From Fidelibacterota bacterium (GTDB taxonomy: Bacteria; Pseudomonadota; Alphaproteobacteria; Rhodospirillales; Rhodospirillaceae): 64,000 nucleotides of DNA. Both the position numbers and the translations under genes were made by a program. The notes under the pieces were generated by a model. The model was given only the letters and a program-made list of their open reading frames with translations, was not told the origin of the DNA and searched no databases. Shown piece after piece: positions 63,057 to 64,000 of this stretch (positions within the stretch are counted from its first letter, which is position 1; every line of letters begins with the position of its first letter). The DNA lies in assembly GCA_002712165.1 (NCBI GenBank), contig PASS01000080.1, positions 27,022-91,021 on the forward strand. The letters run 5' to 3'.

Positions 63057-64000
63057 TCAGACTGCCGTACCACCGACAGTTAATTGTTCAATTTTTAGAG
63101 TAGGTTGGCCTACCCCAACAGGCACTCCCTGCCCATCCTTTCCACATGTACCAATCCCGGGGTCTAATTTCATGTCGTTGCCGATCATGGAAACTTTAGT
63201 CAGCACGTCGGGTCCGTTACCGATAAGTGTTGCGCCCTTTAAAGGTTGAGTAACTTTGCCATGCTCAATCAAATAGGCTTCTGTAGCAGAGAATACAAAC
63301 TTCCCTGAGGTGATGTCCACTTGGCCACCTCCGAAGTTCACGGCATAAATACCTTTCTTCACAGTTTTGATTATTTCTTCGTGTGATTTATCACCGCTGA
63401 GCATGAAAGTGTTAGTCATGCGCGGCATGGGATGATGAGCATAAGACTCGCGCCGCCCATTGCCAGTTGGTTTCATGCCCATGAGCCGTGCATTGAGTCG
63501 ATCTTGTAAATAACCGGTGAGAACACCATCCTCAATAAGTACGGTTTTAGAGGTTGGTGTGCCTTCATCATCAATAGTTAGTGAGCCTCGCCGGTCTGCG
63601 AAGGTGCCATCATCAACAACGGTGACTCCCTTGGATGCGACTTTTTCTCCCATAAGATTTGAAAACGCGGAAGTTTTCTTTCGATTGAAGTCTCCCTCTA
63701 GGCCATGACCGACGGCTTCATGCAGCAGAATTCCAGGCCAGCCTGGACCTAGTACTACGGGCATTTCGCCACCAGGAGCGTCCACGGATTCAAGATTAAT
63801 AAGGGCCTGCCGCAGTGCTTCGTCAACAGCCGCCCTCCAAGTTGCCGGTTTTAGGAACTCTCCATAAGTTGTGCGTCCACCCACACCATAACTACCAGCT
63901 TCCATACGACCGCCATCTTCGACCACGACACTGACATTTAGCCGAACGAGGGGGCGAATATCTGCCGCTTCTTGACCTCCGGAGCGCACAATATGTACAG
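63057..64000 (-). CDS. tldD: metalloprotease TldD, 3' part (the N-terminus lies beyond the window)
   Basis: [17 protein letters not shown] (HExxxH) and the glycine-rich C-terminus. The frame stays open to the window edge. Confidence 0.9.
   Translation of the reverse strand, partial: VHIVRSGGQEAADIRPLVRLNVSVVVEDGGRMEAGSYGVGGRTTYGEFLKPATWRAAVDEALRQALINLESVDAPGGEMPVVLGPGWPGILLHEAVGHGLEGDFNRKKTSAFSNLMGEKVASKGVTVVDDGTFADRRGSLTIDDEGTPTSKTVLIEDGVLTGYLQDRLNARLMGMKPTGNGRRESYAHHPMPRMTNTFMLSGDKSHEEIIKTVKKGIYAVNFGGGQVDITSGKFVFSATEAYLIEHGKVTQPLKGATLIGNGPDVLTKVSMIGNDMKLDPGIGTCGKDGQGVPVGVGQPTLKIEQLTVGGTAV

Overview
A chromosomal segment, roughly 48-50% GC by eye, from a Gram-negative bacterium. Gene content and synteny suggest an alphaproteobacterium of the Rhodospirillales/SAR116 type, but the taxon is inference only. 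I saw no rRNA, CRISPR array, transposase, integrase, phage or toxin-antitoxin genes. (1) 1-24.5 kb is mostly housekeeping: purD, xseA, an M23 peptidase, lpxK with a DUF374 acyltransferase, pmbA-ubiD, a GAF/HD-GYP protein, ubiA, rsmE, plant-type gshA, a chorismate-mutase-like gene, MAPEG, an ornithine decarboxylase plus deoxyhypusine-synthase-like pair (homospermidine route), and panE. It continues with a COG5610-like HAD gene interrupted by a single in-frame TAA plus a GT2, a short RNase E/G paralog, yacG and tRNA-Phe. (2) 24.6-37.6 kb is a block made almost entirely of exported proteins of unknown function. It holds an MBL-fold hydrolase, two tandem hairpin modules, an unknown 378-aa secreted protein, a DUF1592-type CxxCH lipoprotein, a Tat-exported DUF1552 protein and a triple-module COG4315 protein. 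It also holds a porin with a Fur-box-like upstream site, an FMN-bind/PepSY-TM/ApbE operon whose promoter carries a Fur-box-like site and a perfect TGTGA-N6-TCACA palindrome, and a membrane protein plus SpeE-fold lipoprotein pair. (3) 37.9-62.9 kb is a hopanoid supercluster: ispH, hpnH, hpnG, shc, hpnE, hpnD, dxs, hpnB, hpnC, hpnO, hpnM, hpnN and an hpnA-like gene. It is interrupted by non-canonical genes: a lipoprotein amidase, YqaA/DedA, a YbjQ-NTF2 fusion and a protease-MoxR-DUF58-VWA operon. The window ends inside tldD. The best candidates for an undescribed system are the putatively iron-regulated porin plus flavinylation module, and the neighbouring DUF1592/DUF1552 exported module. All domain calls come from motif recognition by eye. 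No database searches were run.
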